Assembly: GCA_964640155.1 (NCBI GenBank)
Contig: CAZXEQ010000008.1
Span: 1-32,000, forward strand
Source of the DNA: an uncultured bacterium
GTDB taxonomy: Bacteria; Auribacterota; JACPWU01
DNA length: 32,000 bases
Direction: 5' to 3'
In this document: positions 8,782 through 17,699 of the stretch, piece by piece
Position numbering within the stretch: the first letter of the stretch is position 1
Layout of the letters: every line of letters begins with the position of its first letter
Position numbers and translations under genes: made by a program
Notes under the pieces: generated by a model
What the model was told of the DNA's origin: nothing
The model's database searches: none
What the model saw: only the letters and a program-made list of their open reading frames with translations

Positions 8782-9171
8782 TTATTGTTTCTTCTTTGAA
8801 TGCTGTTTCAGCCAGTTTTCAATTTCCTGAAAACTCATTTCACCTGTTGCAACTTTTAAACACATCTTAATTTCTTCCTCAGAGTTTGAGGTCAGATCAT
8901 GATGGTTGATAAGTAGCATCAGATGCATGGCTCCAAATCCGGCCCTTTTATTTCCATCTAAAAAAGGATGATTTAGAACTATTGAATGCAGTAAAGCCGC
9001 TGCTTTTCCAAAGAGAGAAGGATAGGCATCTTGACCAAACGCTGATGCTTGTGGGCGCAAAACAGAAGATGCAAGCAGGCCTTTATCGCGAATGCCGAGC
9101 GTCCCACCATGAGCTTCTATAACCTGTTGATGAACATAAAGAATCTGATCGAGTGAAAGATAACGAGTCAT
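8782..9171 (-). CDS. doc: Doc (death-on-curing) family Fic-fold toxin
   Basis: 129-aa ORF with the Doc-type Fic motif HPFLDGNKRAGF. Typical N-terminus (LSLDQILYVHQQVIEAHGG..GIRD.GLL.S). Its ATG overlaps the stop of the upstream small ORF (ATGA at 9171-9168). Confidence 0.9.
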   Translation of the reverse strand: MTRYLSLDQILYVHQQVIEAHGGTLGIRDKGLLASSVLRPQASAFGQDAYPSLFGKAAALLHSIVLNHPFLDGNKRAGFGAMHLMLLINHHDLTSNSEEEIKMCLKVATGEMSFQEIENWLKQHSKKKQ

Positions 9172-9407
9172 TCAGCAAGTTTTTTATAAGTGGCATGATG
9201 CTTTTTAAGACTATAGTCCACAAGTTGAGCAAACATGCTATCAACAGCACCATCAGTATAGGTTGTGCTCATTTGTTTATAATGGTCATCAAGCAAAAAT
9301 ATGGCTTTTTCCGTTAACTGCCGTATCGGAATATGTGTTTTTTTATGTAGTTTGTTAAGAATCGCTTTCGCTTTAGCGTCAATTCTTGTAGCCAGGGGTA
9401 CTGTCAT
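9168..9407 (-). CDS. Ribbon-helix-helix type antitoxin partner of Doc (Phd-functional analogue)
   Basis: Small ORF directly upstream of doc with a 4-nt overlap. N-terminus PLATRIDAKAKAILNKLHKKTHIPIRQLTEKAIFLL has a strand-helix-helix pattern. I prefer the ATG at 9407 (MTVPLATRID) because GGAGG lies 7 nt upstream of it. The track start at 9422 is that same GGAGG region. Confidence 0.75.
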   Translation of the reverse strand: MTVPLATRIDAKAKAILNKLHKKTHIPIRQLTEKAIFLLDDHYKQMSTTYTDGAVDSMFAQLVDYSLKKHHATYKKLAE

Positions 9408-9491
9408 AGGAACAACCTCCATAAATACATTAGCATGTTTTTAAGAGTAAAAGCTAGCAAAAACTAGAAAAAGCATGTATTTTTATAATTA

Positions 9492-10238
9492 ATGAATACT
9501 ATTAAACTTATCCTTTCCTATGACGGAACGAACTATCATGGTTGGCAGTTGCAAAAAGGCCATACGACTGTCCAGGAAGTGTTAGAAGAAGCCATTGAAA
9601 AAATTGTTCATGAAAAAATTCGTGTGACGGCCGCTGGGCGGACAGATGCGGGGGTGCATGCATCGGGGCAAGTGGTTCATTTTATTTCAGAAACAAAAAT
9701 TCCAGAGCGTATTTTAAAACGGGCTATCAATAGTAAATTACCTGACGATATTCAAATTATAAAGTTACAAAAAGCTTTAAAAGATTTCCATGCAAGATTT
9801 TCAGCTAAGTCAAAAATTTACCAATATCATATTTGGTTGGGAGAAACTCTTCCTGTTTTTCAAAGACATTTTGTGTTGCATCATCCAGGTAAGTTTGATG
9901 TCCTGAGCGTGGCGAAAGCAGTTAGAGTTTTAAAGGGGCGACATGATTTCTCAAGCTTTGCAGTCAATCCCAATTTAAATAGAAAACCGTTAAGAGATAA
10001 AGTGCGATTAATGAAAGATGCTCAATTGAAGAAAAAAGGTCATTTGATCACAATTCAGTTGGAAGCAGAAGGATTTCTCTATAAAATGGTTCGGTCTATT
10101 GTAGGAACACTGCTAGATGTAGGAGAAGGAAAGCTTTCGGCTAATGAATTTAAAGAGATATTTCAAAAAAGAGACCGACGCTTTGCAGGTAAAACAGCGC
10201 CACCTCACGGGTTGTGTCTTGTTAAAGTGAAGTATTAA
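9492..10238 (+). CDS. truA: tRNA pseudouridine(38-40) synthase TruA
   Basis: N-terminus KLILSYDGTNYHGWQ.Q, catalytic-Asp motif GRTDAGVHA, and the later FLYKMVRSIVG motif. Length 248 aa. Confidence 0.95.
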   Translation: MNTIKLILSYDGTNYHGWQLQKGHTTVQEVLEEAIEKIVHEKIRVTAAGRTDAGVHASGQVVHFISETKIPERILKRAINSKLPDDIQIIKLQKALKDFHARFSAKSKIYQYHIWLGETLPVFQRHFVLHHPGKFDVLSVAKAVRVLKGRHDFSSFAVNPNLNRKPLRDKVRLMKDAQLKKKGHLITIQLEAEGFLYKMVRSIVGTLLDVGEGKLSANEFKEIFQKRDRRFAGKTAPPHGLCLVKVKY

Positions 10239-10254
10239 AACGATAGGAGAAACA

Positions 10255-11139
10255 GTGAGTTTAAGAGAAAAATTACATCAAAATAAATTTGTTATTACCG
10301 CAGAACTTTCACCTCCGAAAGGGCCGGATGTCACTGAGCTTTTAGAAAAGGCAAGAAAGCTTAAGGGTTTGGTGGATGCAGTTAACCTTACAGATAATAA
10401 TCGTGCGGTGATGTGCTTGAGTTCATTAGGCGCATCAGCACTTCTTGTTCGCGAAGGACTTGAGCCTATTTTACAAGTGACTTGTCGTGATCGTAATCGT
10501 ATGGGTCTTCAATCAGATCTCCTCGCTGCACATGTTTTAGGAATTCATAATATTCTTTCATTAACAGGAGACCCTGTGAAGGTGGGAGATCATCCTGAAG
10601 CCAAAGAAGTTTTTGATATTGATTCTTTACAACTAATGAAAGCAATACAAGGTTTGAACCAAGGTGTGAATTTAGCAGGTAAAGAGTTGAATGGAAAAAC
10701 TGAATTTTTAATTGGTGCTGCGGCCAATCCTGGAGCAAAGGATTTAGAGGTAGAACTTTCAAAATTTCAGAAAAAGGTTGAATGTGGTGCCCAGTTTTTT
10801 CAGACACAAGGTGTGTATGAAGTGAGTTCTTTTAAGAAGTTTATGGATAAAATAGCCTCTTTTTCTGCCAAGATTATTCCGGGGATTATCCTTCTTAAGT
10901 CTTCAAAAATGGCACAGTTCTTAAATGAAAAGGTGCCTGGTATTCATGTTCCGGAAAAACTAATTCAACGTCTCGAACAAGCAAGCGATCCCATTGAAGT
11001 GGGAATTGAGATCGCGGCTCAGACTATTCAAGAGTTGCAAGGGGTATCAAGTGGCGTTCATTTAATGTGTATAGGAAGAGAAGATTTGATCCCTAATATC
11101 TTAAAAAAGGCCAGTTTAGATGGGGTTAAAATAGGCTAA
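10255..11139 (+). CDS. metF: 5,10-methylenetetrahydrofolate reductase (MetF family)
   Basis: 294 aa. ITAELSPPKG...NLTDN...QVTCRDRN...LSLTGDP...FQTQ pattern of the MTHFR TIM barrel. GTG start preceded by AGGAGA. Confidence 0.85.
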   Translation: MSLREKLHQNKFVITAELSPPKGPDVTELLEKARKLKGLVDAVNLTDNNRAVMCLSSLGASALLVREGLEPILQVTCRDRNRMGLQSDLLAAHVLGIHNILSLTGDPVKVGDHPEAKEVFDIDSLQLMKAIQGLNQGVNLAGKELNGKTEFLIGAAANPGAKDLEVELSKFQKKVECGAQFFQTQGVYEVSSFKKFMDKIASFSAKIIPGIILLKSSKMAQFLNEKVPGIHVPEKLIQRLEQASDPIEVGIEIAAQTIQELQGVSSGVHLMCIGREDLIPNILKKASLDGVKIG

Positions 11140-11182
11140 AAATAGGCCAGAAGAGAAGAGTAAAATTTTTCAATTTATATAG

Positions 11183-11211
11183 TTGACACATATTAGGCAG
11201 AATGGTATTTT
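11183..11211 (+). promoter_or_regulatory. Candidate sigma70-type promoter for rplM-rpsI
   Basis: TTGACA (11183-11188), 17-nt spacer, TATTTT (11206-11211), about 28 nt upstream of the rplM ATG. Confidence 0.4.
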
Positions 11212-11238
11212 ACTGGCCTCAAATTTTAAGGAAACCAA

Positions 11239-11673
11239 ATGAGTACAAAGAGTTATCAGGCAAAAGCTTCTGAAATAGAACGTAAGTGGTATTTAATTGA
11301 TGCAGAAAACAAGGTTCTTGGAAGATTGGCATGTCGTATTGCTGATATTCTGAGAGGCAAAACAAAGCCTATTTTTACGCCTTATGTGGACTGCGGAGAC
11401 TTTGTTGTTGTAGTGAATGCAGAAAAAGTACGTACAACCGGTCGAAAGGCTGATCAAAAAACATACGTCACCTTTTCTGGTTATCCAGGTGGACAAAAGA
11501 TTGTTTCTTTTGAACGGATGAAAGAGGAGCATCCAGATCATATTCTTAAGCATGCGATCAAGGGTATGTTACCTTCGAATCCTTTAGGTAGAGCTGTTTT
11601 TAAAAAGCTTAAAGTCTATGCTGGCACAGCGCATCCTCATCAGGCACAAAAACTCCAAAAATTAGAAGTTTAA
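11239..11673 (+). CDS. rplM: 50S ribosomal protein L13
   Basis: 144 aa. [38 protein letters not shown] is the canonical L13 N-terminus. Followed by rpsI. Confidence 0.97.
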   Translation: MSTKSYQAKASEIERKWYLIDAENKVLGRLACRIADILRGKTKPIFTPYVDCGDFVVVVNAEKVRTTGRKADQKTYVTFSGYPGGQKIVSFERMKEEHPDHILKHAIKGMLPSNPLGRAVFKKLKVYAGTAHPHQAQKLQKLEV

Positions 11674-11695
11674 ACTTTATTTATAAGAGGAAAAA

Positions 11696-12091
11696 ATGGC
11701 TGAAGTTGCTCGTCATCAAGGAACAGGTAGAAGGAAAACAGCAATTGCAAAAGTTTTTTTGCAATCAGGTTCTGGAAAAATTCTTGTGAATGGACGTGAT
11801 TTTAAAGAATTTTTTCCTCGACTCAATTTGCAACATCTCCTTCGTCAGCCTCTTGAGGCGACAAAAACAGAAAAGACACTCGATGTTAATGCGAGTGTTT
11901 TGGGTGGTGGGGTTTCTGGACAAGCAGGTGCATTAAGACATGGTATTGCACGTGCGCTTCTAGCCTCCAATCCAACACTCAAGTCCATTTTGAGACAAGG
12001 TGGCTTTTTGACTCGAGACCCAAGAGCACGCGAAAGAAAGAAATACGGTCAAAAAGGTGCTCGCAAGCGTTTCCAATTCTCGAAACGATAG
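11696..12091 (+). CDS. rpsI: 30S ribosomal protein S9
   Basis: 131 aa. GTGRRK.A.A.V....GSGKI.VNGR and the C-terminal RD.R..ERKKYG..GARKRFQFSKR signature. Confidence 0.97.
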   Translation: MAEVARHQGTGRRKTAIAKVFLQSGSGKILVNGRDFKEFFPRLNLQHLLRQPLEATKTEKTLDVNASVLGGGVSGQAGALRHGIARALLASNPTLKSILRQGGFLTRDPRARERKKYGQKGARKRFQFSKR

Positions 12092-12157
12092 AATGTCAGG
12101 AGTGAAAACAATTTATTTGTTAAAGTTTTATTTTTAAAAATATTTTTTAAAAGAAAA

Positions 12158-12190
12158 GCAGAGGACATTCATATTTCCTCTGCTTTTTTA
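12158..12190 (+). terminator. Rho-independent terminator after rpsI
   Basis: Perfect 8-bp stem GCAGAGGA (12158-12165) / TCCTCTGC (12176-12183), extendable by flanking A/T pairs, with a 10-nt loop and TTTTTT at 12184-12189. Confidence 0.8.
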
Positions 12191-12252
12191 TTTGTATCTA
12201 TAAATCATTAACATATAATAAAACTCCTCATTAAAAGGTTCTAACTGACACG

Positions 12253-13269
12253 ATGAAAATTGGAATATGTGGGGCTACAGGTTATAGCGGCCGAGAACTC
12301 GTTCGGATTTTATTAAAACATCCGAAAGTGGAAATTGGCTTTTTGACTTCACAGCAATTTTCGGGTCAGCCCTACAGCGATGTTTTCCCTCAATTTCGGG
12401 GTCAAATAGATTTGGTTTGTCATCAGATGGAAGCAGGTCCCGACGAAGCAAAGGTGGATCTTGTTTTTCTAGCATTACCTCACACGCTTTCAATGAAAAT
12501 TTCACCTCTTTATCTTAAGAAGAATGTAAAAGTGATTGATTTAAGTGGCGACTATCGTCTCTTGAAAACAGAAGAATATGAAAAATGGTATGGTGCAAAG
12601 CATTTAGATCCTTCAGGTGTTGAAAAAGCGGTTTATGGGCTTTGCGAATTTTTTAAAGATAAAATTCAAACCGCAAATTTTATAGCTAATCCAGGTTGTT
12701 ATCCAACAGCAACATGTTTAGGGTTAGTTCCAGCTTTAAAGATGGGACTGATTGATTCTCAAAATATTATCATTGATGCAAAATCAGGTGTAAGTGGAGC
12801 AGGAAGAAGTCCAAGCCTAGGGACTCATTTTGCTGAAGCTTATGAAGACATGAAGCCTTATAAAATAGGTACTCACCAACACACCCCAGAAATTGAGCAA
12901 ACGCTTAAGATTTGCTCGGAGGCTAACGTCAATGCTCTTTTTGTTCCACACCTTATTCCTATTGAACAAGGAATTTTGTGTACCATGTATGGAAATTTGA
13001 AGAAAAAGATAAAAACTGCAGAAGCGATTCAGGCGTATCAAGACTTTTATAAAGGAAAAACATTTGTTCGTGTGTACCCCGAGAAGAAAATCCCTCAGAC
13101 AAAATTTGTTCGCAATTCTAATTATTGTGATATCGGTCTAGTCGTGGATGAGCGCACCAACAAACTCGTGATTATTTCCGCTATTGATAATATGATTAAA
13201 GGCGCTTCAGGTCAGGCTGTGCAAAATATGAATTTGATGTGTGGATTTCCAGAAAATTTAGGGCTATAA
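12253..13269 (+). CDS. argC: N-acetyl-gamma-glutamyl-phosphate reductase
   Basis: 338 aa. GATGYSG.EL.R.L..HP N-terminus and the active-site Cys context ANPGCYPT. Confidence 0.95.
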   Translation: MKIGICGATGYSGRELVRILLKHPKVEIGFLTSQQFSGQPYSDVFPQFRGQIDLVCHQMEAGPDEAKVDLVFLALPHTLSMKISPLYLKKNVKVIDLSGDYRLLKTEEYEKWYGAKHLDPSGVEKAVYGLCEFFKDKIQTANFIANPGCYPTATCLGLVPALKMGLIDSQNIIIDAKSGVSGAGRSPSLGTHFAEAYEDMKPYKIGTHQHTPEIEQTLKICSEANVNALFVPHLIPIEQGILCTMYGNLKKKIKTAEAIQAYQDFYKGKTFVRVYPEKKIPQTKFVRNSNYCDIGLVVDERTNKLVIISAIDNMIKGASGQAVQNMNLMCGFPENLGL

Positions 13270-13306
13270 AATTCTAATAAGATTTCAAATATAAAGAGAG
13301 CATAAA

Positions 13307-14509
13307 ATGGCATCTTTTAAAGAAATTTCTCATGTTTCAGTTTGTTTTCCTAAAGGTTTTGTCGCTGCAGGAATCAATGCTGGAATTAAAATGACAAAAA
13401 AAGATTTGATGCTAATCGTTTCAGAAAAGCCTGCTCGCGTTGCAGGAACATTTACGACAAATGCATTTGCGGCGGCCCCGGTTCGTTGGTGTCGTGAAGT
13501 TGTGAAAAAAGGAGTTGCTCAAGCTATCATTGCCAATAGCGGAAATGCAAATGCTTGCACAGGAGACGGGGGAGCGCGTGATGCAAAGAAAATGGCAAAA
13601 CTGGTAGCACAAGAATTGGGAATTCCTTTTGAAACTGTATTAGTTTCTTCGACGGGTGTGATTGGTAAACGTTTGCCCATGGAAACGATTGAAACGGGTA
13701 TTAAAAAAATATCTAGCGTGATATCAAGTTTTGGAGATGTAGATGCTGCTACCGCTATTTTAACAACAGATACCTGTGCTAAAACGGTGGCTGTTGAATT
13801 TCAAATTGGATCAAAAAAAGTACGAATGGGCGCGATCGCAAAAGGCGCTGGAATGATTCAACCCAATATGGCAACCATGCTTTGTTATATTACAACGGAT
13901 GCAGTTATTGAGTTGTCGGCTTTAACGGCTTCGCTTAAAACAGCAGTTGAAGATTCTTTTAATTGTATTACCGTTGATGGGGATATGAGTACCAATGATT
14001 CTGTTATCTTGCTGGCAAATGGCCAGGCAGGTAATCCAGAAATTTTAGTAGGTTCTGAAGGCTATAAGATCTTTTGTGAGGCTCTTTCTTTTGTGACTCT
14101 AAAATTAGCAAAGCTTATTGTTTGGGATGGAGAGGGCGCTACAAAGCTTGTTCGAATTAAGGTCCGAGGAGCTACCACCGATGAAGATGCGAAAAAAGCG
14201 GGTCTAGCTATTTCTAATTCCAATTTATTTAAAGTTTCTCTTTATGCTGAGGAACCCAGTTGGGGAAGATTAATGGCAGCGCTTGGAAGTACAGGCTTAA
14301 AAGGATTAAATTCTGAGAAAATCTCTGTTAAATTTAATGGACGCATTTTTGTGAAGAAAGGTAAAGCGACAAATATTACGCGTGGAGAAGCTCGAAAAGT
14401 TATGAGAGCCAAGCAAATTGAAATTGATGTTGATTTGGGGCAAGGCCAAGGTAAAAGCACTGTTTGGACATGTGATTTAACACACAAGTATGTTGATATT
14501 AATATGTAA
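13307..14509 (+). CDS. argJ: Bifunctional ornithine acetyltransferase / N-acetylglutamate synthase
   Basis: 400 aa. GF.AAG..AGIK, autoprocessing site PNMATMLCYITTDA, and C-terminal DL...YV.IN. Confidence 0.95.
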   Translation: MASFKEISHVSVCFPKGFVAAGINAGIKMTKKDLMLIVSEKPARVAGTFTTNAFAAAPVRWCREVVKKGVAQAIIANSGNANACTGDGGARDAKKMAKLVAQELGIPFETVLVSSTGVIGKRLPMETIETGIKKISSVISSFGDVDAATAILTTDTCAKTVAVEFQIGSKKVRMGAIAKGAGMIQPNMATMLCYITTDAVIELSALTASLKTAVEDSFNCITVDGDMSTNDSVILLANGQAGNPEILVGSEGYKIFCEALSFVTLKLAKLIVWDGEGATKLVRIKVRGATTDEDAKKAGLAISNSNLFKVSLYAEEPSWGRLMAALGSTGLKGLNSEKISVKFNGRIFVKKGKATNITRGEARKVMRAKQIEIDVDLGQGQGKSTVWTCDLTHKYVDINM

Positions 14510-14515
14510 TTTCGC

Positions 14516-14543
14516 TGTGCGTTATTCGTCGTGCGTTATGCGT
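14516..14543. repeat. Tandem heptamer array (nnTGCGT)x4 in the argJ-argB spacer
   Basis: tgTGCGT taTTCGT cgTGCGT taTGCGT at 14516-14543. Read on the minus strand this is ACGCAnn x4, the same unit as at 28025-28059. Confidence 0.75.
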
Positions 14544-14562
14544 TTATTGAAAGAGAAGATAT

Positions 14563-15507
14563 ATGCAAAAATATATTGAAAAAGCTGCGACGTTGGTTGA
14601 GGCACTTCCGTACATTCAAGCCTTTCGTAATAAAACGGTGGTGATTAAGTTTGGTGGAAGTGTTATGACCAAAAAAGAAGTTTTGATGAGCATTTTGCGC
14701 GATGCCGTATTTATGGAATGTGTGGGAATTAATCCAGTCATCATTCATGGAGGTGGACCTCTCATCAGTGAAAGAATGAAACAGGCAGGAAAAGCTCCTA
14801 AATTTGTTGAGGGACTTCGTGTCACCGATGCTGAAACGATGAAAATTGTTGAAGAAACTTTGCTAGAGATTAACCAAGAATTGGTAAATGTTATTCAGAG
14901 TTTTGGTGGGCGTGCCAAAGGAGTTTCGGGTCGCACAGAAAATATGGTTTTAGTGACCAAGTATCCACCTGTTGAAACCAGACTTCCTAATGGTAAAACT
15001 GAATTTGCAGATGTTGGTTTTGTGGGTGAAGTAAGACTTGTAAATCCTGAGCCTATACGCAAATTGATACAAAAGCAGGCTGTTGCTGTGATTACTCCTA
15101 TTGGTGTTGATTTGGAAGGGAATGCCTATAATATCAATGGAGATCATGTGGCGAGTCAAACCGCTGTAGCTCTTAAAGCCGAGAAATTGATTTATTTGTC
15201 AGATGTTGGGGGCGTTATGACTAATCCTCGTTCTCCTGAGTCTTTGGTTTCCACTTTAAATATAGAGCAAGCCAATAAAATGATTAGAGATGGAATTATC
15301 TCAGGAGGGATGCTTCCCAAAGTAAAATCTTGCATTCGATCTGTTGAAGGTGGAGTTGAAAAAACCCATATTGTAGATGGACGAGTTCCTCATTCATTGC
15401 TTTTAGAAATATTTACTGATCAAGGTATTGGTACTGAAATTGTTCGAGAGAATAGAGCTGAAGCGCAGACAATTCCTCAATTGAATCATCATATGAAACA
15501 CGATTAA
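14563..15507 (+). CDS. argB: Acetylglutamate kinase
   Basis: 314 aa. VIKFGGSVM, HGGGP, N.NGD and GGM.PK motifs of the amino-acid kinase family, ArgB type. Confidence 0.95.
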   Translation: MQKYIEKAATLVEALPYIQAFRNKTVVIKFGGSVMTKKEVLMSILRDAVFMECVGINPVIIHGGGPLISERMKQAGKAPKFVEGLRVTDAETMKIVEETLLEINQELVNVIQSFGGRAKGVSGRTENMVLVTKYPPVETRLPNGKTEFADVGFVGEVRLVNPEPIRKLIQKQAVAVITPIGVDLEGNAYNINGDHVASQTAVALKAEKLIYLSDVGGVMTNPRSPESLVSTLNIEQANKMIRDGIISGGMLPKVKSCIRSVEGGVEKTHIVDGRVPHSLLLEIFTDQGIGTEIVRENRAEAQTIPQLNHHMKHD

Positions 15508-15542
15508 AACTTTTACTCTCTATAGAATTCTTGAAAGGTCCT

Positions 15543-16742
15543 ATGAAATTAAGTTCAAAAACAAATCAAGTTATTCATCTTTATGATGATTATGTAATGC
15601 CGACTTATCGAAAAAATCCTGTTGTTTTTGTTCGAGGGAAGGGTTCTTACGTTTGGGATATTGATGGTCGTAAATTTTTGGATATGTTTCCGGGTTGGGG
15701 AGTGAGTGGCTTGGGGCATTGTCATTCAGAAATTGTAAAAGCAGTGCGCTATCAGGCCGGACGTTTGATGCACATTGCTAATAATTATTACAATGAGGTT
15801 CAAGGTGAGTTGGCCCGTGAAATTGCCAAAAATTCTTTTGATGGGAAATGCTTTTTTTCGAACAGTGGCGCTGAAGCCAATGAAGGAGCCATCAAATTAG
15901 CCAGAAAATATGGCCATGACAAAGGTAAATATAAAATTATTACGGCGATGCAATCTTTTCATGGACGAACCCTTGCCGCCATAACTGCAACAGGTCAACC
16001 CAAGTATCAAGAAGGTTTTAATCCTTTGGTTCCAGGATTTGTTCACATTCCTTTTAATGATGTCTCGGGCTTAAGACAGTCATTTGATAAGGAAACGTGT
16101 GCCATTATGATGGAGGTGATTCAAGGAGAAGGGGGTGTTCACGTCATTTCCGAAGATTTTCTTAAAGAGGCTAAAAAATTATGCCAGGAAAATGATGCCC
16201 TTTTAATCATTGATGAAGTGCAAACAGGTATGGGGCGGACAGGGAAAATGTTTGCATATCAGAATTGGAAAATCGAACCTGATATTATGACGCTTGCAAA
16301 AACATTAGGAGCGGGTATTGCGATTGGCGCCATGATTGCCCAACGTCGAATTGGAGATGTATTGCAGCCTGCAACACATGCGACTACTTTTGGGGGAAAT
16401 CCTTTGGCTTGTCGCGCTGCTTTGACGGCCTTTAAAGTTTTGAAAAGGGATAAAGTTCCTCAAAGAGCTCAAAAAATGGGTCGCCTTTTGCAAAAAGAAT
16501 TTGAAAAATTGAAAAAAGACTTTTCATTCGTTAAAGAAATTCGTGGAATGGGTCTTATGTTAGGAATGGAGCTTTCTATCGACGGGGTAGAGTTGATTAA
16601 AGAGTGTTTAAATCAGGGTTTAATTATGAATTGTACTCAAGGCAATGTCATTCGAATGCTTCCATCTCTTTTTGTGACAGAAAAAGAATTAAAAACGGCT
16701 TTGACTATTTTGAGAAATGTATTTGAAGGACTGAAAGTATAA
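15543..16742 (+). CDS. argD: Acetylornithine aminotransferase
   Basis: Class-III aminotransferase with SNSGAEANE, DEVQTGMGRTGK and the PLP-Lys context TLAKTLGAG. I prefer ATG 15543 (GAAAGG SD upstream; N-terminus then aligns as ..Y.MPTYR..PVVFVRGKGS) over the track TTG at 15531. Confidence 0.92.
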   Translation: MKLSSKTNQVIHLYDDYVMPTYRKNPVVFVRGKGSYVWDIDGRKFLDMFPGWGVSGLGHCHSEIVKAVRYQAGRLMHIANNYYNEVQGELAREIAKNSFDGKCFFSNSGAEANEGAIKLARKYGHDKGKYKIITAMQSFHGRTLAAITATGQPKYQEGFNPLVPGFVHIPFNDVSGLRQSFDKETCAIMMEVIQGEGGVHVISEDFLKEAKKLCQENDALLIIDEVQTGMGRTGKMFAYQNWKIEPDIMTLAKTLGAGIAIGAMIAQRRIGDVLQPATHATTFGGNPLACRAALTAFKVLKRDKVPQRAQKMGRLLQKEFEKLKKDFSFVKEIRGMGLMLGMELSIDGVELIKECLNQGLIMNCTQGNVIRMLPSLFVTEKELKTALTILRNVFEGLKV

Positions 16743-16744
16743 CA

Positions 16745-17680
16745 ATGAAAAAAGATTTTTTAGCTTTTGAAGATTTTACACAGGAAGAGATTTTAAAGCT
16801 TTTAGATTTAGCTCAAAAATTAAAAGCCAATCCTATTCAGCCTCTATTGCTTGGAAAAACATTAGGTCTTTTCTTTACAAAATCTTCAACACGAACGCGT
16901 GTTTCTTTTGAAGTGGGAATGATTCAGCTGGGTGGACATTCTATTTTTTTAGATAGTCAAGGTTTGCAGTTGGGAAGAGGTGAGACAATTGCAGACACAG
17001 CCAGAGTTCTTTCTGGCTATTTAGATGGTTTAGTAATTCGAACTTATGCCCATGAGGATGTGGTGGAGTTCGCTAAAAATGCAACTATTCCCATTATTAA
17101 TGGATTAACAGATGCGCTACATCCTTGCCAGATTTTAGCTGATCTTTTGACGATTAAAGAGAAGAGAGGACAGGTTAAGGATTTGACGATTGCCTATGTG
17201 GGGGATGGTGCAAATAATATGGCGCATACATGGCTTTTTGCTGCCGCTGTGATGGGGATGAAATTTAGAATAGCGGCACCTCCTGAATTTTGGCCAGATC
17301 CTGAGTGTGTTCGCCAAGCGGTGAAACTTTCTTCAGTGGGCTCAAGATTCTTTGAAGCTACCAAAGATCCTTTAATGGCTGCACAAGGTGCAGATATTAT
17401 CTATACCGATGTTTGGGTGAGTATGGGGCAAGAAAAAGAAAATGAAAAACGATTAAAGGTTTTGGCTCCGTATCAAGTAAATCAAAATTTGATAAAAGTG
17501 GCCTCAAAAGAAGTGCTTGTGATGCATTGTCTTCCCGCACATCGGGGAGAAGAGATTTCAGCCGAGGCAATGGAAAGTCCTCATTCTGTTATTTTTGAGG
17601 AAGCAGAAAATAGACTGCATAGTCAAAAAGCTTTGATGGTGATGCTCATGGAAAATCAAAAATTAAAAATTAAAAATTAA
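16745..17680 (+). CDS. argF: Ornithine carbamoyltransferase
   Basis: 311 aa. The STRTR, HPCQ, DVWVSMG and [10 protein letters not shown] motifs are OTC-specific rather than ATCase-like. Confidence 0.95.
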   Translation: MKKDFLAFEDFTQEEILKLLDLAQKLKANPIQPLLLGKTLGLFFTKSSTRTRVSFEVGMIQLGGHSIFLDSQGLQLGRGETIADTARVLSGYLDGLVIRTYAHEDVVEFAKNATIPIINGLTDALHPCQILADLLTIKEKRGQVKDLTIAYVGDGANNMAHTWLFAAAVMGMKFRIAAPPEFWPDPECVRQAVKLSSVGSRFFEATKDPLMAAQGADIIYTDVWVSMGQEKENEKRLKVLAPYQVNQNLIKVASKEVLVMHCLPAHRGEEISAEAMESPHSVIFEEAENRLHSQKALMVMLMENQKLKIKN

Positions 17681-17699
17681 AAATAAGAGAGTCTTGAAA

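Noticed and set aside
12191-12252. Search for an ArgR (ARG box) operator and promoter upstream of argC.
   Set aside because: TATAAT is present at 12214-12219, with only a weak -35 (TTTGTA/TTGTAT). No 18-bp palindrome resembling the ARG box consensus could be found, so I make no regulatory call.
17651-17685. Heptamer tandem repeat (AAAAATT)x3 with imperfect flanking units, spanning the argF stop codon.
   Set aside because: This is low-complexity A/T sequence of the kind expected by chance in AT-rich DNA. It only encodes the non-conserved tail ..QKLKIKN. Slippage would at most alter a few C-terminal residues, so I do not consider it functional.
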